A DNA stretch of 64,000 nucleotides, taken from contig JBMYOQ010000011.1 of assembly GCA_049599475.1 (NCBI GenBank), forward strand, positions 25,694 to 89,693. Direction: 5' to 3'. Shown here piece after piece: positions 1 to 9,794 of the stretch. Every line of letters begins with the position of its first letter. Positions within the stretch are counted from its first letter, which is position 1. The notes beneath the pieces were generated by a model, which made no database searches, had not been told where the DNA came from, and saw only the letters and a list, made by a program, of their open reading frames with translations. The position numbers and the translations under genes are program-made. Source of the DNA: Opitutales bacterium. GTDB lineage: Bacteria > Verrucomicrobiota > Verrucomicrobiia > Opitutales > JABSRG01.

Positions 1-1130
1 GCGAAGATGCAGGAAAGGCTGGGGCCGAGTGAGGCAGCCAGTATGGGGCCGAAGGCGATAGGCCAGAAGAAGGGACCTAGGTCGACTTCTTGCACGAGGA
101 CCATCGGTAGGGACACCAAAGCCATCAGGAACATGCAGAAGTGGATGGCGTAGTGGGTGAGGTGGCAGACGGCCTGGAAGCGTTTAATGAGGCTGCGCTT
201 GGGGTCAAACTTGAGCTTCGGCAGAATTTTTAGCGCAGTTTGAATGGATCCCTTGGCCCAGCGGAATTGTTGGCTTTTGAGTGCCGTAAACGTAGCCGGA
301 AGTTCGGCGGGGACGACGAGATCGAGCAGGTAGTGCAGGCGCCAGCCTTTGATTTGGGCCCGGTAGCTGAGGTCCATATCCTCAGTCAGGGTGTCGGCTT
401 GCCAACCTCCGGCTTCGTCGATGGCTTGTCGGCGCCAGACACCAGCTGTGCCATTGAAATTTAGATAGAGGTTGTTCCAGGAGCGGGCAGATTGTTCGAT
501 GACAAAGTGGCAATCGATTCCCATAGCGAGGGCTCGCGTGAGCCAGGACTCTTCGCGGTTGAGGTGGCCCCAACGTGCTTGGACGAGGCCGACTTCTTCT
601 TGGCTGATCAGCTGTGGGATCGAGCGCTTGAGGAAATCTTTAGTGGGAACGAAATCGCTGTCGAAGATCGCGATATAAGGGGCGTTATCCTGAGTGAGCC
701 CATATTGGAGGGCGCCTGCTTTGAAGCCTTCGCGATTGTCGCGTCGGACGACTGCGATATCGATGCCTTCGGCGGATAATTCAGCTACGACCTTGTCGAC
801 GATCTCGCGTGTCTCGTCGGTCGAGTCATCAAGGACCTGGATGCGATGGAGGCCTTTCGGATACTCCATTTTCGCGGCGGCTCGGATGACGCGCTCGGCG
901 ACGTTGAGCTCATTGTAAAGGGGAAGTTGGGTGAGGACCTCAGGCCAAGATCGTTCGCCTGACTCGAGTTCGGCGAGGGCCTGAGTTTCGCGCTCAGCGT
1001 CTTGCTCGCGAGCCTGCTTGCGCTTGCGGATAAACAGGCGCATCAACACATAGCTGTTGAGCCCGTAGACTAACAGTAGGCTGCAGAGGATTCCGTAGAA
1101 AATCCAAATGATTGTTGAGACCTGTGACAT
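1..1130 (-). CDS. GT2 processive glycosyltransferase, cellulose synthase-like (CslA-like); 3' end runs off the window
   Basis: Not in the ORF track; translated by hand from ATG at 1130: MSQVSTIIWIFYGILCSLLLVYGLN (TM), then QLPLYNE, QVLDDSTD, GFKAGAL, AIFDSDF, TLTEDMDL and QQFRWAKG, i.e. the D,D,D,QxxRW signature. Confidence 0.9.
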   Translation of the reverse strand, partial: MSQVSTIIWIFYGILCSLLLVYGLNSYVLMRLFIRKRKQAREQDAERETQALAELESGERSWPEVLTQLPLYNELNVAERVIRAAAKMEYPKGLHRIQVLDDSTDETREIVDKVVAELSAEGIDIAVVRRDNREGFKAGALQYGLTQDNAPYIAIFDSDFVPTKDFLKRSIPQLISQEEVGLVQARWGHLNREESWLTRALAMGIDCHFVIEQSARSWNNLYLNFNGTAGVWRRQAIDEAGGWQADTLTEDMDLSYRAQIKGWRLHYLLDLVVPAELPATFTALKSQQFRWAKGSIQTALKILPKLKFDPKRSLIKRFQAVCHLTHYAIHFCMFLMALVSLPMVLVQEVDLGPFFWPIAFGPILAASLGPSLSCIF

Positions 1131-1225
1131 GATGGAGGAGCGGCGAGCACATCAGTTCCCGTCTAAAGAGCAACCGGGAAATTTGGAGAACCCATGTGGT
1201 ATCTGTATGTAGAAGAGATTGTTTT

Positions 1226-1311
1226 GGTAGGCGGAACCGTCGCGGTAAGCCGCAGGATCGGCTGATAAAGCGCGATTGCACATGCGGCTCGGCGGGACGC
1301 CTCGCCCTACC
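1226..1311. repeat. Inverted pair of GTAG-type REP-like elements (REPIN-like)
   Basis: GGTAGGCGGAACCGTCGCGGTAAGCCGC on + and GGTAGGGCGAGGCGTCCCGCCGAGCCGC on -; related copies at 30668 and 43754. Confidence 0.65.
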
Positions 1312-1378
1312 TAAAGTCCTTTGAAGATTAAAGATGTTAGTAGGAGATTGAGAATAGAACTAGACCGCTCTAGAGCAG

Positions 1379-3673
1379 TTATGAGACCCGCTTTGCAGCC
1401 TTTTCCATATACTCGTCAATTGGGGTCTTCTCAAGTTCGGCTTCGCTTTGCTGGACGGGCGAGGCCCAGAGCTTTTCGAGTTGTGGTTTACCATCCTTAT
1501 CGTAGCTGCCGAAGTTGAGGGTGCCGGTTGGGCAAACGTGCACACATGCTGAGCAGCGCACACATTCGGGATCTTCCATGCCTTTGCCCTTGTTGGCGAA
1601 GTTCATGATGTCGATACCCTGGTGGCAGACCGTGGTGCAGGCGTTGCACGAAATACATTTCTTCTTGTCTGCGAAAATGCGGAATTTCGAGAAGCGTGCG
1701 TAGATGTGCATGAGGGCCGCGAGCGGACATGCAAAACGACACCAAGCGCGTCCCGAAAAGTGGAAGTAAAGGCCGTAGCCGAGAATGCCGGCAAGCCAGA
1801 GGTCGACGATGTATTTGTAATTCGCGACGGGGAGTTCGCTGACCATGCTCTTGAAACTGTTTGCGAACCATTCAATGCCCATCCAGCCAAGAATTCTCCA
1901 AACCAGAAGAATCATTGCAACGGCGAGAATCGCTTGGCCAAGCATGTTGAGCTTATTCCAAAACGGACCGTGTGGCATCTTGTGGCGGTGTCCATCGCCG
2001 AGAGTTTCCGCCATCGCTCCGCAACTGCAGATCCAGCCGCAGTAGGCGCCTTTACCCCACTTGATGACAATGAATGGGATGATCACAAAGGTCTGAATTA
2101 GGCTGACGATGAGCCATCCCCAGATAGGAGCTTCCGTGAACACGTTGAAGGCGAAAAGTGGCCAGGCTAGGATAAACCCGAATGCGCGCCAGTATTGGTC
2201 TGGGTTTGTCCCTGGCCCGTTGGAAAGAAATGTCATGCCGAACCACTCGCCGATACCGCCATTGGTAAAGGCTCCCAGGGCCCCCATGTATGGTAAAATG
2301 ACGTAGGGGAGGAGGAACAAGGGCAGCACCTGTATTGCCATGAGAGACAGGGTTTGCCGAGTGATGTAGGGAGTCTTGCGAGTCTTAATTCGCTTAATCC
2401 CAAAGATTACAATCACCAATGAATAGACGAAGGTATACCAAAAATCGGGGCGCGTTTGCGCTGTCTGGGAAAGGGTGTGTAAGAATCCCCCAGGTTCGCC
2501 TAGGATACTTAAATTGAAGGGAAAAATATCCTTTTGGTCGAAGATTTGCCACAGGTTGGTATTGGGAATGCCCAATATGTTTACGTAGCCCTTCCAGTGG
2601 TAAATGAATCCGAAAATCAATAGGGAGATCGCTAGGGTAAACCAGAATTTCGGCGAACGCTCACCGGATATTTTGATCCCGGAACGGCGGAAAAATTCGA
2701 GGGGCGGCTCGCGTCCGATCAGCGAAAATACATAATCATTTTCCAGAGAAATGGAGGCTCTGTTTTGATCGATGAAGACACGATCGTCGGTGATTTTCTT
2801 GATATTGGAAGCCATGAACAGTTTCAGGCTACCGGCTTTCTGAAGAGCCTCGATTTTCTCGATGTTCTCGGGTTTGGGGCGTTGGAACTCTGCGCGGCGG
2901 TAGCTTAGGGCGACAGTGGCTCCTTCTTCGGCCATTGAAATCGCGGCTTCGAGCGCGGAATCGCCTCCGCCTACCACGAGGACTTTTTTGCCGACGAACT
3001 CGCGAGGATCGATCAGGCGATTGGAGACCTTCTCGAGCTCTTCGCCTTCGACGCCGAGTTTGCGGAAGTTGCCCGTGCGGCCGATTGCGATGACCACGCG
3101 TTGTGCTTTGATATCTTCGCCGCCCTTCGTTTTGAGAACACGGTGGCTGCCCTTGTCCTCGATCGCTTCTACCTGCGCTTGGCGGGTCTCGATCTCAAAC
3201 TCCTGGCGCTGGGCCTCCAGCTCGTCGATCAGGTCTTCCTTTACCTCGGATTTGAAGCGCATGCTACCCGCCGGTTCCATGTCGGTAGGGTAGGTGTAAA
3301 TAGGTTTACGGCGCGGGAAATTCCGAATGGTTGAAAAGGCTTGTTGTGCTTCCAGGACGCAATAGCTGAGCCCGGCTTTCTTGGCCTCGATGGCCGCTGA
3401 GATACCGGAAACGCCGGCTCCGATGATGGCGACGTCGACGTCGGTCTTACTCGACTGTTTCTCAAAGCCTTTCTCTTCGATGAAACCAAGCACCGCCTTG
3501 GCGCCTGTATCCGCTGAGAACTTCAGAAGGGGCACGCCTGTAAGATCGCCGACGATGCGAACTCCGGGAAGGTTCGTGAGCCCGTTTTCCTGGATTTCAG
3601 GGCCCTTTTCAGGGACGCCTGCGGGCCACTGAGTGTGCAGCCAGTGTGTGTACTTTGAGATGAGATTGAGCAT
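1379..3673 (-). CDS. Thioredoxin-reductase-like FAD/NAD(P) oxidoreductase fused to a polytopic membrane 4Fe-4S (NapH/MauN-like) ferredoxin domain
   Basis: IIGAGVSG (FAD), VVGGGDSA (NADPH), many TM helices, CGWIC and CRFACP motifs, CISCNACTTVC and CVRCSACVHVCP 4Fe-4S motifs. Confidence 0.85.
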   Translation of the reverse strand: MLNLISKYTHWLHTQWPAGVPEKGPEIQENGLTNLPGVRIVGDLTGVPLLKFSADTGAKAVLGFIEEKGFEKQSSKTDVDVAIIGAGVSGISAAIEAKKAGLSYCVLEAQQAFSTIRNFPRRKPIYTYPTDMEPAGSMRFKSEVKEDLIDELEAQRQEFEIETRQAQVEAIEDKGSHRVLKTKGGEDIKAQRVVIAIGRTGNFRKLGVEGEELEKVSNRLIDPREFVGKKVLVVGGGDSALEAAISMAEEGATVALSYRRAEFQRPKPENIEKIEALQKAGSLKLFMASNIKKITDDRVFIDQNRASISLENDYVFSLIGREPPLEFFRRSGIKISGERSPKFWFTLAISLLIFGFIYHWKGYVNILGIPNTNLWQIFDQKDIFPFNLSILGEPGGFLHTLSQTAQTRPDFWYTFVYSLVIVIFGIKRIKTRKTPYITRQTLSLMAIQVLPLFLLPYVILPYMGALGAFTNGGIGEWFGMTFLSNGPGTNPDQYWRAFGFILAWPLFAFNVFTEAPIWGWLIVSLIQTFVIIPFIVIKWGKGAYCGWICSCGAMAETLGDGHRHKMPHGPFWNKLNMLGQAILAVAMILLVWRILGWMGIEWFANSFKSMVSELPVANYKYIVDLWLAGILGYGLYFHFSGRAWCRFACPLAALMHIYARFSKFRIFADKKKCISCNACTTVCHQGIDIMNFANKGKGMEDPECVRCSACVHVCPTGTLNFGSYDKDGKPQLEKLWASPVQQSEAELEKTPIDEYMEKAAKRVS

Positions 3674-3742
3674 GCAGAATAAGGATTGGAGCCGAAGTCG
3701 GCTACAGAGTTACGCGGATGTGGTTGAAAATAGAGCGACGGA

Positions 3743-4489
3743 TTATTCGGAGAGCGGAGTATTGAGAGACCAATCGTAGGGGAGAAATTTTACGGATGCC
3801 TTAGCAGGAAGTTTTGCGCCAGTGCGATAGGGGTTGATGTATTCGATTGGATTTTCGGTCGGAAAGTCATGTTTATACCAATCGAAGAGGGCTGAGACGT
3901 GGACCTCGCGGCCTTTCACTTGGACGCCCCATTGATCGTTGAGGAAGATTTGGGCCTGTTCATCCATCTGCTCATCGAGTTTGCTGCTCAGAAAGGGCTC
4001 GCTTCTGAGCGGTGGACAGCTGCGGCTGGCGCAGTTGACGGCCCAGTGAATCCGTGGGTCCGGGTATTCCTTGAGGAGGATGACCTTCTCGACGTCGTCT
4101 AGAGAAAGTGTGCGGCCACTCTGTTGGATGAACGGCTTTTTGAAGATTCCAAAATCGGGCAAAATCTCGGTGACACTTTTCACCGGATATGCGTCGAACA
4201 CTGCCTTCAGCATGCCGAGATTATACAGATTGATATAAAATGCCTTTTGTTGATCGAAGCTGAGTTCGGACAAGTCGAGCTTGGACCAAGTCTTTAGAAT
4301 TGAGTCGACGGCCTTGAGATCGTCTGTGCTCTTCGCCCACTTCGCATAATCTACGCCGGTAGCGGTCGCATATTTATCGAGTAGTTCGGCGTAGTCGGTG
4401 TATAGGGCGGACTCATTTGCCTCTGAAAACTGGGCGTTCAACGCTTGTGCACTGAAAACGAGGGCGAATAAAATGGAAAGTGTCTTCAT
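3743..4489 (-). CDS. DUF547 domain exported protein
   Basis: Signal peptide; AFYINLYN, DPRIHWAVNCASRSCPPL, FDWY..DF and YDWSLN motifs typical of DUF547. Confidence 0.85.
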   Translation of the reverse strand: MKTLSILFALVFSAQALNAQFSEANESALYTDYAELLDKYATATGVDYAKWAKSTDDLKAVDSILKTWSKLDLSELSFDQQKAFYINLYNLGMLKAVFDAYPVKSVTEILPDFGIFKKPFIQQSGRTLSLDDVEKVILLKEYPDPRIHWAVNCASRSCPPLRSEPFLSSKLDEQMDEQAQIFLNDQWGVQVKGREVHVSALFDWYKHDFPTENPIEYINPYRTGAKLPAKASVKFLPYDWSLNTPLSE

Positions 4490-4550
4490 TGTCTTCTCGG
4501 TTTATTAGGATGATAGAGTGAAGCCTTTCCGAATTATTCCAAATAGACCC

Positions 4551-6596
4551 TTATTCGTTGGCAGGCACTGGCTTAGGATCGACCCATTTGCCGTGTTGCT
4601 TAATGAGGTCGACGAGACGGTCGACCGCTTCGTCCTGCGCAATGCCGGCCTTCACTACCTTTTTCCCGACATATAAATTTATTTTTCCAGGGGCGCCTCC
4701 CACGTATCCGAAGTCGGCATCTGCCATTTCGCCCGGGCCATTTACAATACAGCCCATGACTGCGATGGTGACTCCCTTTAGGTGAGCGGTCTTTTCCTTT
4801 ACCCGTGCGGTGGTGCTCTGCAAGTCGAAGAGCGTGCGCCCGCATGAAGGGCAGGCGACGTATTCGGTTTTCGAAATGCGTGAGCGGGCGGCTTGGAGGA
4901 TGTTGTAGGCGAGACCGTTGGCCTGCTTGAGCTCCTTGAGCGCGTGGATGCTGATCATATCGCCCAGTCCGTCCGCGAGGAGTGGGCCGGCGAGAATACT
5001 GGCCTCGATAAGCTGCCCTCCAAAGTAATCTGCGGGATCGATATGTGTCTCGGAGCCGAGACGGATCCAAAGCGGAGCATCGATTTCGGCTTGTTTCAGG
5101 GCCTCCGCGAGCTGTCGATACTGTCCGAGTGGATGAATAGAGTCACTCGGAACAAACTGGAGGCTGGCGATTACTGAACCGGAATTCAGGTTTGGAATGA
5201 TTTCCTGTTCCCAGGTTTCGGGTGTCGCTTGGATTGCGAGCTGAGTCCCAAAATTTTCGGAAAGAGACTGTGCGGTCTGGAGCTGGGCTGCGGAGTCAAG
5301 GGAGGTTGAAATAATCCATCCATTAGCCCCTGCTGGGCGTTTCCAGTCAGAGAAAATATCCTCAAGCTGCTCAGAAGGGGCTTCGAGCACGAAAAACGGA
5401 ATCACCGAGCTGAGGGCTGTGAAAATCGCTTCGACGTGCGGTAAGTCTGCTGCAGAAGCGACGGGTAGCAGGATGCCCTCGATCTTGGAGTCTTGGAAAT
5501 GCAGTTGGGTTTGGCAGACAGCCTGGATGATTGCCTGAGTGTCCTCGATCGGATCAGTGGGCGCCAGACATACCGCGGGTACTTCCGATCCGCCGATCGC
5601 GACTTTGCTGGGAGTATTCGAAAGCTCGATAGTCTGTGTTTCGCGGCGTGTGTATTCGAAAGGATTGATGCTGTCTTTTGTGGAAGGAATGTCCTGCGGG
5701 GCTTGCTCACGCAGGATGGTTGCTCGCTTTGCTAGGTCGCGGGCAACGGGCAGCTCGTGGATCGGGTCCTCCGTGAGCGAGACGCGTATGGTGTCCCCCA
5801 GACCGTCGTAGAGTAGGGAGCCGATTCCGATGGTGCTCTTGATTCGGGCATCTTCACCATCGCCGGCCTCGGTAACACCCAAGTGTAGGGGATACTGCAT
5901 CCCGAGTTCCTGCATGCGGGCGGCAGCGAGGCGATAGGCTTCGATCATGACCTTCGGATTCGAGGCCTTCATCGAAAGAATGATGTCGTGGAAATTGTGT
6001 GACTCTGCAATGCGAATGAACTCTAGCGCCGATTCCACCATGCCATTGGGCGTGTCGCCGTAGCGGTTCATAATCCGGTCGGACAGGGAGCCGTGATTGG
6101 TCCCTATGCGCATCGCTTTGCCGAGCTCCTTGGAACGCAGAACGATGGGGGAGAAGGCCTCGTGAAGGCGCTCGAGCTCCTCCTCATATTGATCGTCAGA
6201 ATACTCGCGAATTTTGAAAGCTTTGCGGTCGGCGTAGTTGCCAGGATTGATGCGCACCTTGTCGACATGGTTCACTGCCTCCATGGCTACCTTCGGGAGG
6301 AAGTGGATATCGGCGACCAAAGGGACGTCTACTTTTGCCTTTTCGAGCTCGGCGCGGATCTCCTTGAGGGCCTCGCCCGCCTTCATCGTAGGAGCGGTAA
6401 TCCGCACGATCTCGCAACCCGCCTCCGCAAGCTCTATGGTCTGTTTGACTGTTCCAGCCACATCGCAGGTGTCGGTGGTGGTCATGGACTGGACGCGAAC
6501 AGGATTCGCTCCGCCGATACCGACATCACCGACCCGGACTTCTCGGGTTTCCCAGCGGCGGGTCTGAAAGCGCGAATGACAGTAGCTCAGAGACAT
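4551..6596 (-). CDS. ispG: (E)-4-hydroxy-3-methylbut-2-enyl-diphosphate synthase, long form with insertion domain
   Basis: VQSMTTT, PLVADIHF, RINPGN, RIGTNHGSLS, HLGVTEAG, CPSCGR and MGCIVNGPGE. Confidence 0.97.
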   Translation of the reverse strand: MSLSYCHSRFQTRRWETREVRVGDVGIGGANPVRVQSMTTTDTCDVAGTVKQTIELAEAGCEIVRITAPTMKAGEALKEIRAELEKAKVDVPLVADIHFLPKVAMEAVNHVDKVRINPGNYADRKAFKIREYSDDQYEEELERLHEAFSPIVLRSKELGKAMRIGTNHGSLSDRIMNRYGDTPNGMVESALEFIRIAESHNFHDIILSMKASNPKVMIEAYRLAAARMQELGMQYPLHLGVTEAGDGEDARIKSTIGIGSLLYDGLGDTIRVSLTEDPIHELPVARDLAKRATILREQAPQDIPSTKDSINPFEYTRRETQTIELSNTPSKVAIGGSEVPAVCLAPTDPIEDTQAIIQAVCQTQLHFQDSKIEGILLPVASAADLPHVEAIFTALSSVIPFFVLEAPSEQLEDIFSDWKRPAGANGWIISTSLDSAAQLQTAQSLSENFGTQLAIQATPETWEQEIIPNLNSGSVIASLQFVPSDSIHPLGQYRQLAEALKQAEIDAPLWIRLGSETHIDPADYFGGQLIEASILAGPLLADGLGDMISIHALKELKQANGLAYNILQAARSRISKTEYVACPSCGRTLFDLQSTTARVKEKTAHLKGVTIAVMGCIVNGPGEMADADFGYVGGAPGKINLYVGKKVVKAGIAQDEAVDRLVDLIKQHGKWVDPKPVPANE

Positions 6597-6739
6597 GGCC
6601 GCAAGTTGCTATGAAAAAGGGTTCTGATCAAATCCAGAATCGAATGTTTTACATCATCACCTCGCGAGCCGCGTTAATCTATCCATCAATTCTCAAAGAA
6701 ATCCTTGAGGCGGGAGCGTTCTTTGCTATGCGAAGAGTG

Positions 6740-7699
6740 ATGAACCGAGATGTTTCCAACTTACTTGCCGCTATGTTTGGTGTGCTGCTTTTATTCGGAG
6801 CTGCCTTTCTTTTCTTGCGAGAAAAAGATGCGCCGCCGGTTGTGGATGTTCCGGAGCCTGAGCCCAGCGAGTATTTTGTATACTTTCCAAAATTTGAGCA
6901 ATGGTTGGAAACTCCGGTGAAGGTTCATGCTTTGCATAGCCTGAACAATGTGACGCTGGAGGAGATCAAGAACGGACAGAATATCGTGCGGACGGTGTTG
7001 TTCGACACTGAGAACGCGCAGAAAGATTTGGCACGTATCGTTCAGGCGGTTGATTTGACATGTAGAGACATCGTACCTCCCGCCGATGGGGGAGAGCGAA
7101 CGAGTAAGTTGCGGAGCGGCGTACTCGTCTTTGATTCTGATGATCTGTCGGATTTACGGATACCACGGCGCCCACAGCCATCGCCTGAAGTCGCTATTCC
7201 GGTGGCCCAGGACCTAGATCGCCTAATGCGCGGATTCTACATTCAAGATTTCGAAAAGGTTCAGAGCAGTTTTAATATCAAAGCAGACTCTTGGGAGAAG
7301 AAGTATTCGAGCTTCAATAGCGCATCAGGGGGCACACGGGTGGGGGCTTCGAGTATTCATTACATCCGTCAAGTTCGAAGCTTTTTACAGGGAATGGGCC
7401 AGATCAACGATCGCTATCTCTATATTCAATCTAGCTTGAACGGGACGAATGAGGCGCGCGAAGACTGGAGCAAATTTAAGGAAGAAAGTATTCCAGGCCT
7501 TGAGGCGGTCATCGTCGGTGGGTCGAATGAATCTGTGGAAGTTCAGCCAGGAGGACGTGTTCCTTTTGAACAAACGCATTCGACGCGGTCTTATTTCGTC
7601 GGCGAACTAGATATCCGAGGAAATAAAGTATTTTTGCTGCTTGGAAGCTACGCGGATCCCCGAATGAAAGTTCTATGGAGCCACAAGCGCCCCGTCTGA
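6740..7699 (+). CDS. Hypothetical protein with N-terminal membrane anchor
   Basis: Long ORF filling the gap between ispG and the cyclase gene; hydrophobic LLAAMFGVLLLFGAAFLFL followed by a Pro-rich linker; start uncertain (6728 or 6740). Confidence 0.7.
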   Translation: MNRDVSNLLAAMFGVLLLFGAAFLFLREKDAPPVVDVPEPEPSEYFVYFPKFEQWLETPVKVHALHSLNNVTLEEIKNGQNIVRTVLFDTENAQKDLARIVQAVDLTCRDIVPPADGGERTSKLRSGVLVFDSDDLSDLRIPRRPQPSPEVAIPVAQDLDRLMRGFYIQDFEKVQSSFNIKADSWEKKYSSFNSASGGTRVGASSIHYIRQVRSFLQGMGQINDRYLYIQSSLNGTNEAREDWSKFKEESIPGLEAVIVGGSNESVEVQPGGRVPFEQTHSTRSYFVGELDIRGNKVFLLLGSYADPRMKVLWSHKRPV

Positions 7700-7706
7700 G
7701 GCGGCC

Positions 7707-9629
7707 CTAGACCACCTTATAAACGCGCATGGCCTTGTGGCCTTTATCGAGGGTTTTCTCTCCGAGAAATTCAAATTTGCTGTCGTAACCTTCTTCAGTC
7801 TTCGCGAGAGCGGCAAAATATTCGGATGCGTAGATCTGTCCCTCTTCCGCAATGGGCTCCAAGCGTGCGGCTAGACTGACATGCGATCCCGTGAAGGTAA
7901 TGCAGCGCTGGATCGGGTCGAAACATTGGTAAAGTGGGCCGGCGTGTAGTCCGATGCGAAGCTTCAACTCAACTGAAAACGCATCGCTGATCTGTGCCTC
8001 TTGTAGCAGGGCTTTGGAAAAAGCTGCCGCGACCTGAGCTGAGGGGAAAACCGCGAAAAGCGCGTCGCCCCAAGTATTCGATACATCGGGAGCAAACTCT
8101 TCTTGGCTCATCAGCTCCGAGCATAGACCCAGGAATCTTGAGACAAATTCAGGGATTTCGACTTCGGGCAGGCGTGTGTAGCCGGACACATCGGCAAAGA
8201 GTATTGCTTTGGTCTCCTTGTGGGGGCGGAAGGGGGCCTTGTCTGAATTTCCCGAGTTGGATCGAGGCCTGACTGGTTGACGCCTGTTGATTTCTTCTAA
8301 CTGCTGTCCCGAGTTGGCTTTGATGGTAAAAGCTTGGGGAGATGCAGTGTCTCGCCAGATATTTTCCGAAACGACGCCTTGGGCGTGCCATTGAGCAATG
8401 TTTAAGGCGGTGCCTCCTTGGCCGCGGGCGATAGCGCCGTCCCACACACTCAGGCCCCGCACCGCGAGATCCATTTGATCACTGATTAGCAGCGCTTTCC
8501 CGAGCAAAATATTGGATGCGAACTCGAAGTCGATTGGATCTCCAGAGTATGCGAATGGGTTGAGAATATTAATGGAAGTCGCACGCTCCAGCACCCAATT
8601 CAGACGACTCTCCCAGTGGTCGCCCTCGGCGGAGTTGATGCAGATCTCTTTGAACGATTCCAATGAGAATGGAAGGATCACGTGAGCGTCGCCACCCTGC
8701 CGTATCACCGATTCGAGGAACAAAAGATCTCCGCCAGAAGCTGCGCTGGAAAACCCAAAGCGCACATTGTTGTCTTTGACCCACTGATCTATCTGCTCGG
8801 CCAGGGCTGGGACATCTGATTCGCGCAAGCGTTGATTTTCGGCAGATACCATCGCAGGATCTGCCAGGTGGCCGGTGAATAAGGTTATAGCCCCGAGATT
8901 GAAAATTGGTTCCCAGGCATCGAGATCTTCGCCACGTGCTCTCAGAATGAGTCGGGCTTGTTTCCGTGTAGATGCCACATCTGCCCACTTATCTTTTCCT
9001 ATCTTACGTGCTTCGATATATGCCTCTTTTGCACCCCAAGCATCTCCTAGAAGTAGATTCGCTTCGCCCAGAGTCGCAAGATTCCAATAGGTGTTGTTCT
9101 CCTTCAAACGTTTCAAGCAGACGCCGCGAATCTCGTCTGCAAGGTCGGCTGCGGAGTCCTTATCTCCCAGCAAATATGCTATCGTTGCTGCATTGATTCC
9201 AGGGTAAGGATCTCCGGAAATCCTCCATGCCCGGTTGTAGTAGGTGAGCGATTTTTGGAGATTCTTTATTTCTGGTTTCGGAACTGGGTGGGTGATCGTG
9301 TCCGATTTGTAAGAGCGGCCCAGGAGGGAAAGGGTCTCGGCATCTTCGGAAAATTGCCGGAGGGTGAGCTCTAGAAGCTCGCGGGCGGTCTGCGTGGCCC
9401 CGCAGCGCAAAAAGGCCAGGGCCCGTTGCTGTTGAAGCGTTTTGGAGCCTGGATGAATTTGCAGAGCGCGGGTGGCGAGTTCGACTGCCGAGAACGGATC
9501 GCCCAGGCTATTCAATTGTTTGACGGCAGATACGCAGTCGTCACTTGATGTGGCTTCAAGCAGTGTGGAATTCGCGAGCCAAAGGTTTCTGAGCTGGTAG
9601 ACGCGGGACTGGTTTCCGTCGGTAGACAT
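7707..9629 (-). CDS. TPR-sensor (TRAF-binding-like) + SLOG-like + class III nucleotide cyclase multidomain protein
   Basis: ETLSLLGRSYK, YPGINAAT and YWNLATLGEA (TPR-S/MAP3K_TRAF_bd-like); LFTGH..SSAASGGDLLFLE..HVILPF (SLOG-like); ILFADVSGYT, NTWGDA, RIGLHAGP, AARLEP (class III cyclase). ATG 9629 chosen; the ORF extends to 9731. Confidence 0.8.
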   Translation of the reverse strand: MSTDGNQSRVYQLRNLWLANSTLLEATSSDDCVSAVKQLNSLGDPFSAVELATRALQIHPGSKTLQQQRALAFLRCGATQTARELLELTLRQFSEDAETLSLLGRSYKSDTITHPVPKPEIKNLQKSLTYYNRAWRISGDPYPGINAATIAYLLGDKDSAADLADEIRGVCLKRLKENNTYWNLATLGEANLLLGDAWGAKEAYIEARKIGKDKWADVASTRKQARLILRARGEDLDAWEPIFNLGAITLFTGHLADPAMVSAENQRLRESDVPALAEQIDQWVKDNNVRFGFSSAASGGDLLFLESVIRQGGDAHVILPFSLESFKEICINSAEGDHWESRLNWVLERATSINILNPFAYSGDPIDFEFASNILLGKALLISDQMDLAVRGLSVWDGAIARGQGGTALNIAQWHAQGVVSENIWRDTASPQAFTIKANSGQQLEEINRRQPVRPRSNSGNSDKAPFRPHKETKAILFADVSGYTRLPEVEIPEFVSRFLGLCSELMSQEEFAPDVSNTWGDALFAVFPSAQVAAAFSKALLQEAQISDAFSVELKLRIGLHAGPLYQCFDPIQRCITFTGSHVSLAARLEPIAEEGQIYASEYFAALAKTEEGYDSKFEFLGEKTLDKGHKAMRVYKVV

Positions 9630-9737
9630 AGGAGGGTTTATCCCTGATAAAGGCTTATTGATAAGCTGTCTAGTGCTCACTGCCTCGTGTGCGGCGAATT
9701 GGAGCATATTTATTTTTCTAACGGCTTCCATCGCAGG

Positions 9738-9775
9738 AAAAAATAAGGGCGGCCGACACCTCCAGCCGGCCGCCC
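9738..9775 (-). terminator. Rho-independent terminator after the 68-aa small ORF
   Basis: Minus strand reads GGGCGGCCG-loop-CGGCCGCCC-TTATTTTTT. Confidence 0.8.
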
Positions 9776-9794
9776 AGTCACACTGTATTGAGCT

